Part shown: piece after piece, positions 1 through 9,503 of the stretch
How positions within the stretch are numbered: position 1 is the first letter of the stretch
Layout: each line of letters opens with the position of its first letter
Assembly: GCA_948744995.1 (NCBI GenBank)
Contig: CAPZCD010000001.1
Span: 1 to 39,844, forward strand
Reading direction: 5' to 3'
DNA: 39,844 nucleotides
Source of the DNA: an uncultured Rickettsiales bacterium
Lineage (GTDB): Bacteria > Pseudomonadota > Alphaproteobacteria > Rickettsiales > UBA1997
The notes under the pieces: generated by a model
What the model was told of the DNA's origin: nothing
The model's input: only the letters and a program-made list of their open reading frames with translations
Database searches by the model: none
Program-made: the position numbers and the translations under genes

Positions 1-500
1 ATCATAATATAATAAAATGCAAAGAAAGAATAACTGTTAAAGTATTATATAAAGATAAAGATAAAAAAATTAAAAAAAGTTTGTTAAGAGATAAAGATGG
101 TAATATAGTAAGAGATATAAAAAAAGAATATTATCATTATAGTGATAATACTATTAATTATTTAGATTGTAATAAACATATAATAAATAAATCAGAAACT
201 TGTTTAGTAGAATCTTATAATGGTAGTTTAAGAGATACCTTCGCTAGATTTAGAAGAAAAACAAAAGCTTTCTCAAAAAGTATAAAAGCAGTAGAAAATA
301 GTATATTAATATTTACTAACAAAGAACTTTATACCTACAATATAAAAAAGTATTCAAATTTTGGAAAAACAATAGTAAAAACAGTAATAAATGAACCACT
401 AGAAAAAGAAATAGAAGAAAAAGAAACAATAAAAAAAATTAAAGAAATAGAAAAAAAAGAAGAAAAAGGAAGAAAATATTATAGAAATAAAGTTGCTTAG
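1..500 (+). mobile_element. IS1-family transposase, C-terminal part (5' end cut by the window edge)
   Basis: Frame 3 is open from nt 3 to the TAG at 498-500, so the TTG at 81 in the track is not a real start. The block KHIINKSETCLVESYNGSLRDTFARFRRKTKAFSKS parallels the conserved C-terminal block of IS1 InsB ([35 protein letters not shown]), including the catalytic Glu. YSDNTINY matches the upstream D-containing block. An atypical K/E-rich tail of ~70 aa follows. No convincing terminal inverted repeat was seen. Confidence 0.55.
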
Positions 501-649
501 GTGAATATCAAGAAATGGAGACCAGAGCCCCATAACCTAGCAATACCTAGCTTTTTATTTAATTCATATTATAATGTATCCGTTGGCTTACTGCATTTTG
601 AGGCGGTGCCAACTTTAATATTTATTAACAATACTCAGAAGGTTATATT

Positions 650-931
650 ATGACAATTACCAAAGAAAAAAAAAGTCAGTTGATAAATGACTTTGCTACT
701 AATGAGAGTGATACCGGTTCGGTAGAGGTTCAATGTGCTATTTTAACAGAAAGAATCAAAAACCTAACTGAACATTTAAAAACGCATCAAAAAGATTTTT
801 CATCAAGGAATGGTTTGATGATGTTGGTTGCTAGAAGAAAAAGACTTTTAAAATACTTAAGTAAAAAATCGCCGGAAAGATACGCAAAGCTTGTTGAAAC
901 ACTGGGATTAAAAGCAAATAAAAACAATTAG
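650..931 (+). CDS. rpsO: 30S ribosomal protein S15
   Basis: 93 aa. It has typical S15 sequence ([49 protein letters not shown]) and lies immediately upstream of pnp in the canonical rpsO-pnp arrangement. Confidence 0.97.
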   Translation: MTITKEKKSQLINDFATNESDTGSVEVQCAILTERIKNLTEHLKTHQKDFSSRNGLMMLVARRKRLLKYLSKKSPERYAKLVETLGLKANKNN

Positions 932-940
932 GAATTTAAG

Positions 941-3058
941 ATGTTTAATATAGTAAAAAAAGAGATTGAATGGGGTGGCAAAACCCTAAGTTTGGAGACC
1001 GGGAAAATAGGCAGACAAGCAAGTAGTGTTATTGCTAGAATGGGAAACACAATGGTTATGGCGAATGTTACAACGGCTAACAAAGAAACAGTTGGAATAG
1101 ATTTCGTTCCTCTAACTATATCCTATATAGAAAAATTTTATGCTGCCGGTCAAGTTCCACCTGGATTTGTTAAGAGGGAGACGAAACCAAGTGATCATGA
1201 AGTTTTAGTATCCAGACTTATAGATAGACCGATAAGACCACTGTTTCCTTCAAACTATCGATATGAGACCAATGTTTTTTGTACTTTATTGTCGTATGAT
1301 GAAGATAGCCCCGCTGAAGTTGTAGCTAGTATAGCAGCTTCTGCAGCTTTAACAATATCAAAAGCTCTTTTTGAAGAACCTACAGCTGCCGCTAAAGTAG
1401 GCTATAGAAATGGTGAATTTATTCTAAATCCAGCACATCCATTTGCAAACGGGGGATTGTTAGAATTGGTAGTAGCTGGTACAGCGGATTCGGTACTAAT
1501 GGTTGAATCGGAAGTTAAGGAGCTTTCGGAAGAAGAAATGTTAAATGCCGTTCAATTCGCGCATGATTCGCTAAAACCAGTAGTATCTCTAATAAAAGAA
1601 TTCGCCTCTGAATGTAATGTGGAAAAACTCATTATGACGGAAGAAGACGATAGTGAGCTTATAAAAAGTATAAATGAATTTATAAGAGATGATGTTTCTA
1701 AAGCTTACGAAATAGTTGAAAAACAGTCTAGGGTTACAACTTTAGAAGCTGCAAGAGACAAATTATTCGAAAAATTTGTGACTGAAGATGCTGATGAAGT
1801 TTATCAAAACAAAGTTGATTATATTTTTAAGGAAATTGAAAAAGATATAGTTAGAAATAAGTTGTTGACCAGCGGTAAGAGGATAGATGGTAGAAATAAA
1901 GACCAAATAAGACCTATAACTGCTGAAATTGATGTTTTACCGTTAGAGGTAGTACATGGCTCTGCACTGTTTACCAGAGGTGAGACACAATCCTTGAGTG
2001 TTCTAACTTTAGGATCAGCCTATGACGAACAAATAGTTGATGGAGTTGGAAAAGATCTGTTTAGAGAAAATTTTATGTTGCACTATAATTTTCCTCCCTA
2101 TGCTGTTGGTGAGTGTGGAAGATTAGGTGCTCCTGGTAGAAGAGAAATAGGTCATGGAAAACTGGCTTGGAGGGCATTAAATAATATAAAAGCCGGTAAA
2201 AATAATTTTCCCTATACAGTTCGTCTTGTTTCCGAAATAACCGAATCAAATGGCTCTTCATCAATGGCTACAGTTTGCGCTGGTTCCATGGCACTCATGG
2301 CAGGTGGTGTTCCAATGAAATCGCCGGTTGCAGGTATTGCTATGGGTCTGGTTAAGGAAGGTGACAACTTCATAGTACTTAGTGATATAATGGGTGATGA
2401 GGACCATCTTGGCGATATGGATTTTAAAGTTGCCGGAACAAAAGAAGCTATAACTGCTTTGCAAATGGATATAAAATGTAAAGGAGTTAACCGTGAGATA
2501 ATGCAAATAGCTTTGGAACAAGCTAGAATTGGCCGTTTACATATTCTAGGTGAAATGGCTAAAGCTATAACCGAATCAAGAAGCCACGTAGCTCCATCAG
2601 CTCCTAAATTAAAGTCTATTATCATACCGGTTGATAAAATTAAGGATGTTATAGGTAGTCAAGGTAAAAATATTAAAAATATTACCGAAACTACTAAAAC
2701 AACTATAGATATAGAGGAGGATGGTAATATTAGAGTTCTCGGAACTTCCTATGAGGATATAGATAGGGCTATTGATATGATAGAAGCTATAACTTTTGAG
2801 CCGGAAGTTGGCAAAATATACAATGGTAAAGTTGTAAAGATAATTGATGTTGGTGCTTTCGTCCAATTGGCGGGAAATTCTGATGGTTTCGTTCATATTA
2901 GTGAATTGGCGGATTATAGGGTCGATTTTGTGGATGATATTTTGACAGAAGGCAAGACCATAAAAGTTAAAGTTATTGGATTTGACAAAAAAGGAAAACC
3001 TAAACTTAGCTATAGGGAAGTTGATCAAAAAACCGGTGCTGATTTAGGTAGGAAATAA
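941..3058 (+). CDS. pnp: polyribonucleotide nucleotidyltransferase (PNPase)
   Basis: 705 aa with two RNase PH-like halves (RIDGR, GHGKLAWRAL, GSSSMATVCAGSMALMAGGVP, DHLGDMDFKVAGT), a KH region (IGSQGKNIKNI) and a C-terminal S1 domain (GKVVKIIDVGAFVQL..GFVHISEL). The start is 9 nt after the rpsO stop. Confidence 0.97.
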   Translation: MFNIVKKEIEWGGKTLSLETGKIGRQASSVIARMGNTMVMANVTTANKETVGIDFVPLTISYIEKFYAAGQVPPGFVKRETKPSDHEVLVSRLIDRPIRPLFPSNYRYETNVFCTLLSYDEDSPAEVVASIAASAALTISKALFEEPTAAAKVGYRNGEFILNPAHPFANGGLLELVVAGTADSVLMVESEVKELSEEEMLNAVQFAHDSLKPVVSLIKEFASECNVEKLIMTEEDDSELIKSINEFIRDDVSKAYEIVEKQSRVTTLEAARDKLFEKFVTEDADEVYQNKVDYIFKEIEKDIVRNKLLTSGKRIDGRNKDQIRPITAEIDVLPLEVVHGSALFTRGETQSLSVLTLGSAYDEQIVDGVGKDLFRENFMLHYNFPPYAVGECGRLGAPGRREIGHGKLAWRALNNIKAGKNNFPYTVRLVSEITESNGSSSMATVCAGSMALMAGGVPMKSPVAGIAMGLVKEGDNFIVLSDIMGDEDHLGDMDFKVAGTKEAITALQMDIKCKGVNREIMQIALEQARIGRLHILGEMAKAITESRSHVAPSAPKLKSIIIPVDKIKDVIGSQGKNIKNITETTKTTIDIEEDGNIRVLGTSYEDIDRAIDMIEAITFEPEVGKIYNGKVVKIIDVGAFVQLAGNSDGFVHISELADYRVDFVDDILTEGKTIKVKVIGFDKKGKPKLSYREVDQKTGADLGRK

Positions 3059-3072
3059 TTATTGTAATATTT

Positions 3073-3099
3073 TAGACAACTTTCCTATAAAGTTGTCTA
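3073..3099 (+). terminator. perfect 11-bp stem-loop downstream of pnp (possible terminator or processing hairpin)
   Basis: TAGACAACTTT-cctat-AAAGTTGTCTA lies 15 nt after the pnp stop. No clear T-tract follows, so intrinsic-terminator status is uncertain. Confidence 0.35.
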
Positions 3100-3144
3100 T
3101 CTCCACAATAATGTTATATAAACTGTAATATTTGGAAAAAAATT

Positions 3145-3507
3145 ATGGGAATACATATTTGTAACAGAAGAAAAATTCTATTAGTTGGTTTCATTATAGT
3201 AGGTATATCTGTACATTTGATAGATAATTGTTACTGTTTTCCAACAACAAAATTAGACGAAAAATCTAAATCTGATTTTAAAAGGTCTGTTACAGAACCT
3301 ACGACAAGAGAACAAGAAGAACAGGAAGATACGAAAGAGATTTTAATGGAATTAAAAAAAATTCGAGCTATTAGAGAAGAAGAATTGGAGATGAAAAAGT
3401 CACTTATGGGAGATTTTAGAGTCATTATTTTTGTAACTTTTTTTGCTGGTCTTCTATATATATTAAAAAATATTAATGCTGCATTGCCGTATCTCCGTCG
3501 TAACTAG
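3145..3507 (+). CDS. small membrane-anchored coiled-coil protein, paralog family member 1 (hypothetical)
   Basis: 120 aa. The N-terminal hydrophobic signal/anchor ends in a CYC motif (ILLVGFIIVGISVHLIDNCYCFPT). A charged E/K-rich middle is followed by a C-proximal TM (FRVIIFVTFFAGLLYIL). The N-terminus and upstream GGA(A/G)AAAAA-N-ATGGGAATA context are shared with the 3686 gene. Confidence 0.6.
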   Translation: MGIHICNRRKILLVGFIIVGISVHLIDNCYCFPTTKLDEKSKSDFKRSVTEPTTREQEEQEDTKEILMELKKIRAIREEELEMKKSLMGDFRVIIFVTFFAGLLYILKNINAALPYLRRN

Positions 3508-3685
3508 TATACTAAGATATATTGTAACATTTTTATGTTAGAAAGTAGATAAATTGGCGAATTATATATTTGTTTATTATAAATAAAAATTTAAACCTTA
3601 AATTTGCTTAATTTTATAATTTGCTTGAATTTAGTATTAATTCCAGTTAAGATGGATTAGATTATTTTATATTCGGAGAAAAAGT

Positions 3686-4015
3686 ATGGGAATATATATT
3701 TACAGCAAAAGAATAAATTGGTTTATTGGTTTCGTTATGTTATATATTTCCATCTGTTTAACAAATGTTTGCTATTGTTCTCCAACAGGAGAGTATCAAG
3801 AAAAATGTCAGGAAGATATTAAGGGAATTCAAAAGGAATTAGAGGAAATTAAAATAAGTTTAAAAGAAATACAAGACGAGATGAGATATGACAGAGTAGC
3901 TTATAAAACTGTCACACTTATGGGCGTTATGTCCTTAATAGGCGCCGTTATTCTTTTTCTGGCAAAAATGAATACAAACTACAATAACAATGTACAAAAT
4001 TTTGATGGTCTTTAG
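3686..4015 (+). CDS. small membrane-anchored coiled-coil protein, paralog family member 2 (hypothetical)
   Basis: 109 aa. MGIYIYSKRINWFIGFVMLYISICLTNVCYCSPT aligns with member 1 (MGIHICNRRKILLVGFIIVGISVHLIDNCYCFPT). It has a charged helical middle, a C-proximal TM (VTLMGVMSLIGAVILFLA) and the SD GGAGAAAAAG upstream. Confidence 0.6.
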   Translation: MGIYIYSKRINWFIGFVMLYISICLTNVCYCSPTGEYQEKCQEDIKGIQKELEEIKISLKEIQDEMRYDRVAYKTVTLMGVMSLIGAVILFLAKMNTNYNNNVQNFDGL

Positions 4016-4142
4016 ATGATATAAATCATATGTAGTATTATTGTGACGACGATTGTTGATTGGTCCTTTTTGTTTTTACCATTAAAAATAGCTATTTTTC
4101 TTTATTTTTATGTAAAATATTAAAAGTTTTGTATTTTTACTA

Positions 4143-4170
4143 TTGAAATTATTTTAAAATTTGGTATAAT
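4143..4170 (+). promoter_or_regulatory. sigma70-like promoter with extended -10 upstream of the 4273 gene
   Basis: TTGAAA (4143-4148), 16-nt spacer ending in TGg, then TATAAT (4165-4170). The predicted ~100-nt leader contains a perfect 8-bp hairpin, CCAATAGA-gcag-TCTATTGG (4196-4215). Confidence 0.4.
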
Positions 4171-4272
4171 GATTGCGAAGATTACTAGTTTAGTACCAAT
4201 AGAGCAGTCTATTGGCTGTAGGTGCTTGATTAGAAAATCTGTGGATTTTAATAATATTTCTTGGAGAAAAAG

Positions 4273-5115
4273 ATGGGAGTTTTTTATAGAAAAAAGAATT
4301 TGTCATTTTATTTTGTCATAGCTAGCCTATTCACATTTTGTCTAGTACAAAAAGGTTATTGTGGTTCTATAAGGGCAATTTTACGGTATACAGAACAACA
4401 AAAAGAATCTAAGGAAACAGAAGCTAGAACTGACGAACAAGAACAACAATCACAGTCTGAAGCACCTATTATATCAGAAAAGAAACAAGATAGTATTAAT
4501 GTAGAAAAAATTAATCATATTGATAATGATATGACCGATATTAAAAATATTCTAAATGGTATCACTAATAATGTATTTAACCTAAATAATAGAATGGTTA
4601 CCCTTGAAAAAAATGTAGATGACTTTACTGAAAGTATTACTAAAATTGTTGAAGAAGAACAAACAGACGATTTTGTTAATGGGATCAATCAACTTGAAAA
4701 TAGTATAAATAATACCAAGAATAGCTTGGCTAGCGTTAGTGCTAGAACAACTGATCTTTATAAAAAAATAGCTATTTTAGAAGAAAATATAACTAAAATT
4801 AGGGTAGATATGAAAGGAATTATATATTATAAGGAAGAGAATGAACGTTTGATTGAAAGAATTAAGACATATGAAAAAAATATGGAGCAAAATGAAAATT
4901 CTAACGGATACGGACTTACTTTTTATACAACAGTGATACCTATAGCTTGTGTAGTTGTTGGTATGACCTATATACTAGATACCTTCTTTATGAGGGATAG
5001 GAGACAAATAGCTATTGTAAATAACATGATAAATAGGAATTTATTACCAGATATTAATGAGATGAGAGAAAATATTAGAGAATTACAAGATGCTATTAAT
5101 GGAATACAAGATTGA
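4273..5115 (+). CDS. signal-peptide / coiled-coil / single-TM protein, paralog family member 3 (hypothetical)
   Basis: The track ORF starts at TTG 4261, which lies inside the SD GGAG (4263-4266). ATG 4273 (MGVFYRKKN) is the likely start and aligns with MRVFYRRN of member 4. Features are a signal region ending GYCGS, an E/Q-rich segment, N-rich heptad-like coiled coil, a TM (FYTTVIPIACVVVGMTYIL) and a short coiled tail. Confidence 0.7.
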   Translation: MGVFYRKKNLSFYFVIASLFTFCLVQKGYCGSIRAILRYTEQQKESKETEARTDEQEQQSQSEAPIISEKKQDSINVEKINHIDNDMTDIKNILNGITNNVFNLNNRMVTLEKNVDDFTESITKIVEEEQTDDFVNGINQLENSINNTKNSLASVSARTTDLYKKIAILEENITKIRVDMKGIIYYKEENERLIERIKTYEKNMEQNENSNGYGLTFYTTVIPIACVVVGMTYILDTFFMRDRRQIAIVNNMINRNLLPDINEMRENIRELQDAINGIQD

Positions 5116-5161
5116 TTTTGATGTAATTTTTTATTTTAAAAATATTTTTTAGGAGAAAGTT

Positions 5162-6658
5162 GTGAGAGTTTTTTATAGAAGAAATTTAAATGTTTTATTT
5201 GTTATCGTTAGTATTGTTACTTGTCTAACAGAGGGGGGTTATTGCTATTCCTCAAGAGCAATATTCCGAGAAAGAAAAGAACTTCAAGAGTTAAAAGAAC
5301 AAAAGTTAAAATCTAAAGAAACAGAAGCTAGAACTGACAAACAGGAACAACAATCACAACCTGAAGCACACATTATACCAGAAGAAGATCAAGGAAATGG
5401 TGATACTGTAAATAATGTAGATAATACTAAAGATATTTTGAATGATATTGCTAATGATATAGCCAATCTTTGTCAGAAGATGATTGTTATTGAAGAGAGT
5501 ATAAATAGTTTTACTGGTAACAATAGTGATAAAGGAACAAAAAAGTTACAGTCTAGAACACTTACTGTTAATACTGCTAAAAGTAAATTAGGAAATAATT
5601 TAGAGGATGATAATTCCACTATAAATGAATCCAAAACAAGACAGCAGTTATTATCTGAACCGTCAAAAGAAAATAGATATAGTAATACCACAGATGAAAC
5701 TGAATATAATAGTAATATTTTTCCTAAGGATATTCCAGCTAAAACTGGTACTGATGATAGTAATAAAATAAAAGTTAATATTAATATAACTTATAATTTT
5801 AGTAAAATTATAAATAATAATATTACTAATATAGTTAATATATCTCATATTAATTCAGATAATTATAAAGAAATCCAAAATGGCTTATGGTATTTTAAAG
5901 AGCCTAATAAACCTTTTGAAAAAGAGGCTGTAATTAACAAAGAAAACGATAAAGTGGTTAATGCTGATTTGTATGATAGAGAGGATATAGCTAAGATTAA
6001 AGAAGAAAATGAATATTTAAGAAGAGAAAATGAGAGGTTTAACAATATTATGAAATCTATAGGAGAGATCCAAGAATTTAATAAAGTGTGGGGAGAATAT
6101 TTTAAAGGAACAATCAATAAAACAGTGGAAGAAGAAGCAAAACAACAGAATGAATATTTTAATTGGTTTGTGTTTGATCCTTATAAAATAGGAATTTTTG
6201 TTGGTTCTATAGGCGGTCTCTTTTTAATTAATTTTGTTATTCGTCCTTTTATAAGAAATAAAAGACAAAGAGATGCTATTAATGATACTAATAAAAAATT
6301 AGCAACATTAATTAGTACCGTCAGTAGGATGAATGGTAATGTTAATAATTTGCTAGAAAATTTTAATCAAATGCAAAATACATTTAATGGATTGGACAAT
6401 AAGGTTAATAGTTTATCAGAAGTTACTAACCAGATGCAAAATAATATTAATGAGATAATTATTGGCGTTAATCAAATGCAGAATGGATTTGAAGAAACAA
6501 AAACCAGTATCACCCTTTTAACAGCAACCTCAATTAATAAGATAAAAGAAACAAGTGAAAAATTGTTAAAATATACTTGTGATTCGTTAATGGAAACAGC
6601 AAAAGCTATAAATACGCTTGTTAAGCATCATTTAAACACTCATCAAACAAACCAGTAA
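5162..6658 (+). CDS. signal-peptide / coiled-coil / single-TM protein, paralog family member 4 (hypothetical)
   Basis: 498 aa with a GTG start preceded by AGGAGAAAG. Its N-terminus is homologous to member 3, including the near-identical SKETEARTD(E/K)QEQQSQ(S/P)EA block. It has a long N/K-rich ectodomain, a TM (IGIFVGSIGGLFLINFVI) and a ~130-aa tail with repeated N-x-MQN-x-(F/I)N coiled-coil motifs. Confidence 0.7.
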   Translation: MRVFYRRNLNVLFVIVSIVTCLTEGGYCYSSRAIFRERKELQELKEQKLKSKETEARTDKQEQQSQPEAHIIPEEDQGNGDTVNNVDNTKDILNDIANDIANLCQKMIVIEESINSFTGNNSDKGTKKLQSRTLTVNTAKSKLGNNLEDDNSTINESKTRQQLLSEPSKENRYSNTTDETEYNSNIFPKDIPAKTGTDDSNKIKVNINITYNFSKIINNNITNIVNISHINSDNYKEIQNGLWYFKEPNKPFEKEAVINKENDKVVNADLYDREDIAKIKEENEYLRRENERFNNIMKSIGEIQEFNKVWGEYFKGTINKTVEEEAKQQNEYFNWFVFDPYKIGIFVGSIGGLFLINFVIRPFIRNKRQRDAINDTNKKLATLISTVSRMNGNVNNLLENFNQMQNTFNGLDNKVNSLSEVTNQMQNNINEIIIGVNQMQNGFEETKTSITLLTATSINKIKETSEKLLKYTCDSLMETAKAINTLVKHHLNTHQTNQ

Positions 6659-6819
6659 ACAAAAGTTAGTCAAAAAATTATTTTAAATAATATTTTGACT
6701 ATACGAGGTTTGTTTATATTTAGCGGTAAATAATAATATCTTAAATACAATTTGTTTTTTTGTTAGATAATTATATTATATAGTCAGTATTTTATTTAAT
6801 TGGTTTTTTGGTTTCAAAA

Positions 6820-7968
6820 ATGAAGGATTATTTTTTTAAGAGAAGTAATATTTTTCTAACATTTTTTGCTATATCTTTAGGTGTGCAAGGTGTGTTTGCA
6901 ATGGATAGTAAAGAAAAAGAAATGAGAAATAAATACGCTTTTGAGATTGAAAGGGGTTTTACCATATTGAATAGATATTCATTTTTTTCTGCTATAGATG
7001 CATATAACGATGGAAATTTTTATTTTTTAGATTTCTATAAAAATGGAGATAGGCAACATATTTCTGTTAATTCGAGCCTTTTAAGCGATGATTTTAAATC
7101 TATAAATGTTGCTGAATATGAAAAAAAAGGTGATTTTAAGTACCAAAACGACCATAGTTATAGCCAAAGGACTCTTGGTGGCAGTTATTCCTATATTTTT
7201 GATTTTGGAAAAAACTCACAATTGTTATTGATACCACATTTAAAATTTAATTTTAATACTACAAGTTTGAATAATTACCTAGACGAAACAAAGGGTAATG
7301 CTAATTTAAATATTTATAATATTAGTGGTGGTTTATACACTCTATTTAATTTTTTTAGATACAGAGATTCATCAATATTTGCAGATGCTTTATTATCCTT
7401 AGATTTTGATTATACGAACAATTCATCCTCTGAAAGAGGGGGTGATTATATCTTATCAAAAAGAGGTATATCAGATTTCAATATAAACTTTATGTTTGGA
7501 TTTGGTTATAAGACTGAATTTACAATGTCAAAATTACTCGGCAATTTATCATTTATATCTAAAATATCTTTTTTAAGAGTTAGCAAAAAAATGGATTCCA
7601 AATATCTTATAGACGAGTGGGATTTAAATGAGTATGGTGGTGATATAGTCGCTAACTACAACAGTATTCACGTAATGCCTTCATTTGATTTGGTGGTGAA
7701 TGATATGTTTAAAGATATATTATTAAGCAGAGCCGTTAATACTTTATTTTTTAGATTTAAGTATCCAATTAATTTAGCGTCTAATTATAGAAATCATTTT
7801 CCTCCCGATAAGGAAGCTATACAATACTACGTTTTATATCCACGGCCACCGGAAGGTGCTGATATAGCTCTAGGTTTTGGTCTTACTAACAAGAATTATT
7901 TTGGTTATAGTATTTCCTATAATTTTAACAGAAAAACAATGGCTTTTGAATTTAATTTAAGCTTCTAG
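6820..7968 (+). CDS. outer-membrane beta-barrel-type protein (hypothetical OMP)
   Basis: The likely start is ATG 6820; the track has TTG 6808. The Sec signal is MKDYFFKRSNIFLTFFAISLGVQGVFA. The body is rich in alternating aromatic/hydrophilic strands, and the C-terminus (AFEFNLSF) ends in Phe like a BAM beta-signal. The family was not identified. Confidence 0.65.
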   Translation: MKDYFFKRSNIFLTFFAISLGVQGVFAMDSKEKEMRNKYAFEIERGFTILNRYSFFSAIDAYNDGNFYFLDFYKNGDRQHISVNSSLLSDDFKSINVAEYEKKGDFKYQNDHSYSQRTLGGSYSYIFDFGKNSQLLLIPHLKFNFNTTSLNNYLDETKGNANLNIYNISGGLYTLFNFFRYRDSSIFADALLSLDFDYTNNSSSERGGDYILSKRGISDFNINFMFGFGYKTEFTMSKLLGNLSFISKISFLRVSKKMDSKYLIDEWDLNEYGGDIVANYNSIHVMPSFDLVVNDMFKDILLSRAVNTLFFRFKYPINLASNYRNHFPPDKEAIQYYVLYPRPPEGADIALGFGLTNKNYFGYSISYNFNRKTMAFEFNLSF

Positions 7969-8040
7969 TTCTAAAAAATATTTAAAATTATTGTAGATTG
8001 GCTAACATCTCGTTAATCATTTTTTATATGGGTATAATTT

Positions 8041-8673
8041 GTGCCTAATTTTGAGATAGAAAATAATTTAGTTGGAACAGTAGCCGGTATAGATGAAGCT
8101 GGTAGAGGGCCACTATGTGGCCCTGTATATGCTGCCTGCGTTTTACTGGATAGAAATAATTTCCCTAAAAATATTAATGATTCTAAGAAAATTTCTGAAG
8201 TAAAAAGAGAAATTATATTTAAAGAAATTACTGAATTTAGTGATAATAATCTCCTGTTTTATGGCGTTGGTTCTGTCGATGCAGTTACTATAGATAACAT
8301 TAATATACGAAATGCTACAAAATTAGCTATGAAGTTAGCTTATGAAAATTTTATAGTTAAATATCATAATTATTACAATAATATTAGTAATATTGATAAT
8401 GTGATCGTAGATGGAGATTTTACTCCAGAAATTAATGCCAAAAACTTGATAGCTGTTGTAAGAGGCGATCAAAAAAGCTATTCTATAGCTTGCGCTTCAA
8501 TAATTGCTAAAGTATCAAGAGATCATGAACTAAAGAAGATGGATCTACTATACCCACAGTATGATTGGTTGAATAATAAAGGATATGGTACAAAAAAACA
8601 TATTGAGGCGATAAAGGAGTATGGACTTGTAGAGAATTATCACAGAAAAACTTTCTGTCATTTTGATAAATAA
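8041..8673 (+). CDS. rnhB: ribonuclease HII
   Basis: 210 aa with a GTG start. It carries the GIDEAGRGPLCGPVYAA catalytic motif, DSKK, ASIIAKVSRD and GYGT..H, which are typical of RNase HII. Confidence 0.93.
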   Translation: MPNFEIENNLVGTVAGIDEAGRGPLCGPVYAACVLLDRNNFPKNINDSKKISEVKREIIFKEITEFSDNNLLFYGVGSVDAVTIDNINIRNATKLAMKLAYENFIVKYHNYYNNISNIDNVIVDGDFTPEINAKNLIAVVRGDQKSYSIACASIIAKVSRDHELKKMDLLYPQYDWLNNKGYGTKKHIEAIKEYGLVENYHRKTFCHFDK

Positions 8674-8686
8674 AAAACAATAAAAA

Positions 8687-8706
8687 AGCTCGTACAACTA
8701 CGAGCT
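8687..8706 (-). terminator. stem-loop between convergent rnhB and rpe (probable rpe terminator)
   Basis: AGCTCGTA-caac-TACGAGCT is a perfect 8-bp stem. On the minus strand it is followed by TTTTTATTGTTTTTT. On the plus strand no T-tract follows. Confidence 0.45.
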
Positions 8707-8852
8707 CTCTCAAAAAAATAAAGGAAAAAAATAAAAAACAAACACTATTTTTGTCTTTCAAAGATTATTATAACTTCTAACTTGATTAATGTCAAGTATA
8801 TAAGTTAAAAAAATTTTTTATGAACAAAATTTATATATTATCTATTAATATC

Positions 8853-9503
8853 TCATAATTCCTCTTTTTTTAGAATATTAATTCTTTTTTTATAATCATC
8901 AGTGTCAAATATATAAGATCCGGCAACGGCAATATCTGCTCCATTAGCAACTACTTTTTTGATCGTTTCCTGATTTATACCACCATCTACTTCCAGTTTT
9001 ATTGTTTTTTTAGTATTTTTAATAAGATTTTTTATTTTGTTTATTTTGGGTAGCTGTGATTCCAAAAATGTTTGTCCGCTAAATCCAGGATTCACTGTCA
9101 TTACCAGTACCAAATCCAATTTATCTATTATATATTCTAAAACATTTTCGTTTGTTGTTGGTACTAGTGCTAAACCAACTTTCGTGTTAGTATCCGATAT
9201 TTTGGCTACAACCCTGTCTAAATGTTTGCATGCTTCGCAGTGAATAGTTAAAAATTCGACGCCAATTTTAGTTATTTCTTCTACATAATTTTCTGGATTT
9301 TCTACCATTAGATGAACATCCAACTTTAGATTGGGATTACTATTTTTTATATCTCTTATAAATCTTGTTCCAAATGTTAGATTTGGTGCAAAATGACCGT
9401 CAATTACATCTACATGGATGTAATCTATCTCTCCCAACTTTGCTATTTCTAGACCAATACTGGCTAAATTGGCAGATAAAATTGAAGCGGAAATCTCTAC
9501 CAA
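8853..9503 (-). CDS. rpe: ribulose-phosphate 3-epimerase
   Basis: 216 aa. The blocks SILSANLA..IHVDVIDGHFAPNLTFG, DVHLMV, MTVNPGFSGQ.F and VDGGIN are hallmarks of Rpe. Confidence 0.95.
   Translation of the reverse strand: MVEISASILSANLASIGLEIAKLGEIDYIHVDVIDGHFAPNLTFGTRFIRDIKNSNPNLKLDVHLMVENPENYVEEITKIGVEFLTIHCEACKHLDRVVAKISDTNTKVGLALVPTTNENVLEYIIDKLDLVLVMTVNPGFSGQTFLESQLPKINKIKNLIKNTKKTIKLEVDGGINQETIKKVVANGADIAVAGSYIFDTDDYKKRINILKKEEL

Noticed and set aside
605-615. GGTGCCAACTT resembles the IS1 terminal inverted repeat core (..GCTGCCAACTTACTGAT).
   Set aside because: For the downstream (right) end of the transposase gene the motif is in the wrong orientation, since the interior would point toward rpsO. 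The match is also short, so I do not call it an IS end.
2073-3028. Four minus-strand ORFs (63-139 aa) lie inside pnp.
   Set aside because: They lie entirely antisense to a strongly supported conserved gene. Their sequences are low-complexity and I/F/N-rich, typical of AT-rich antisense frames.
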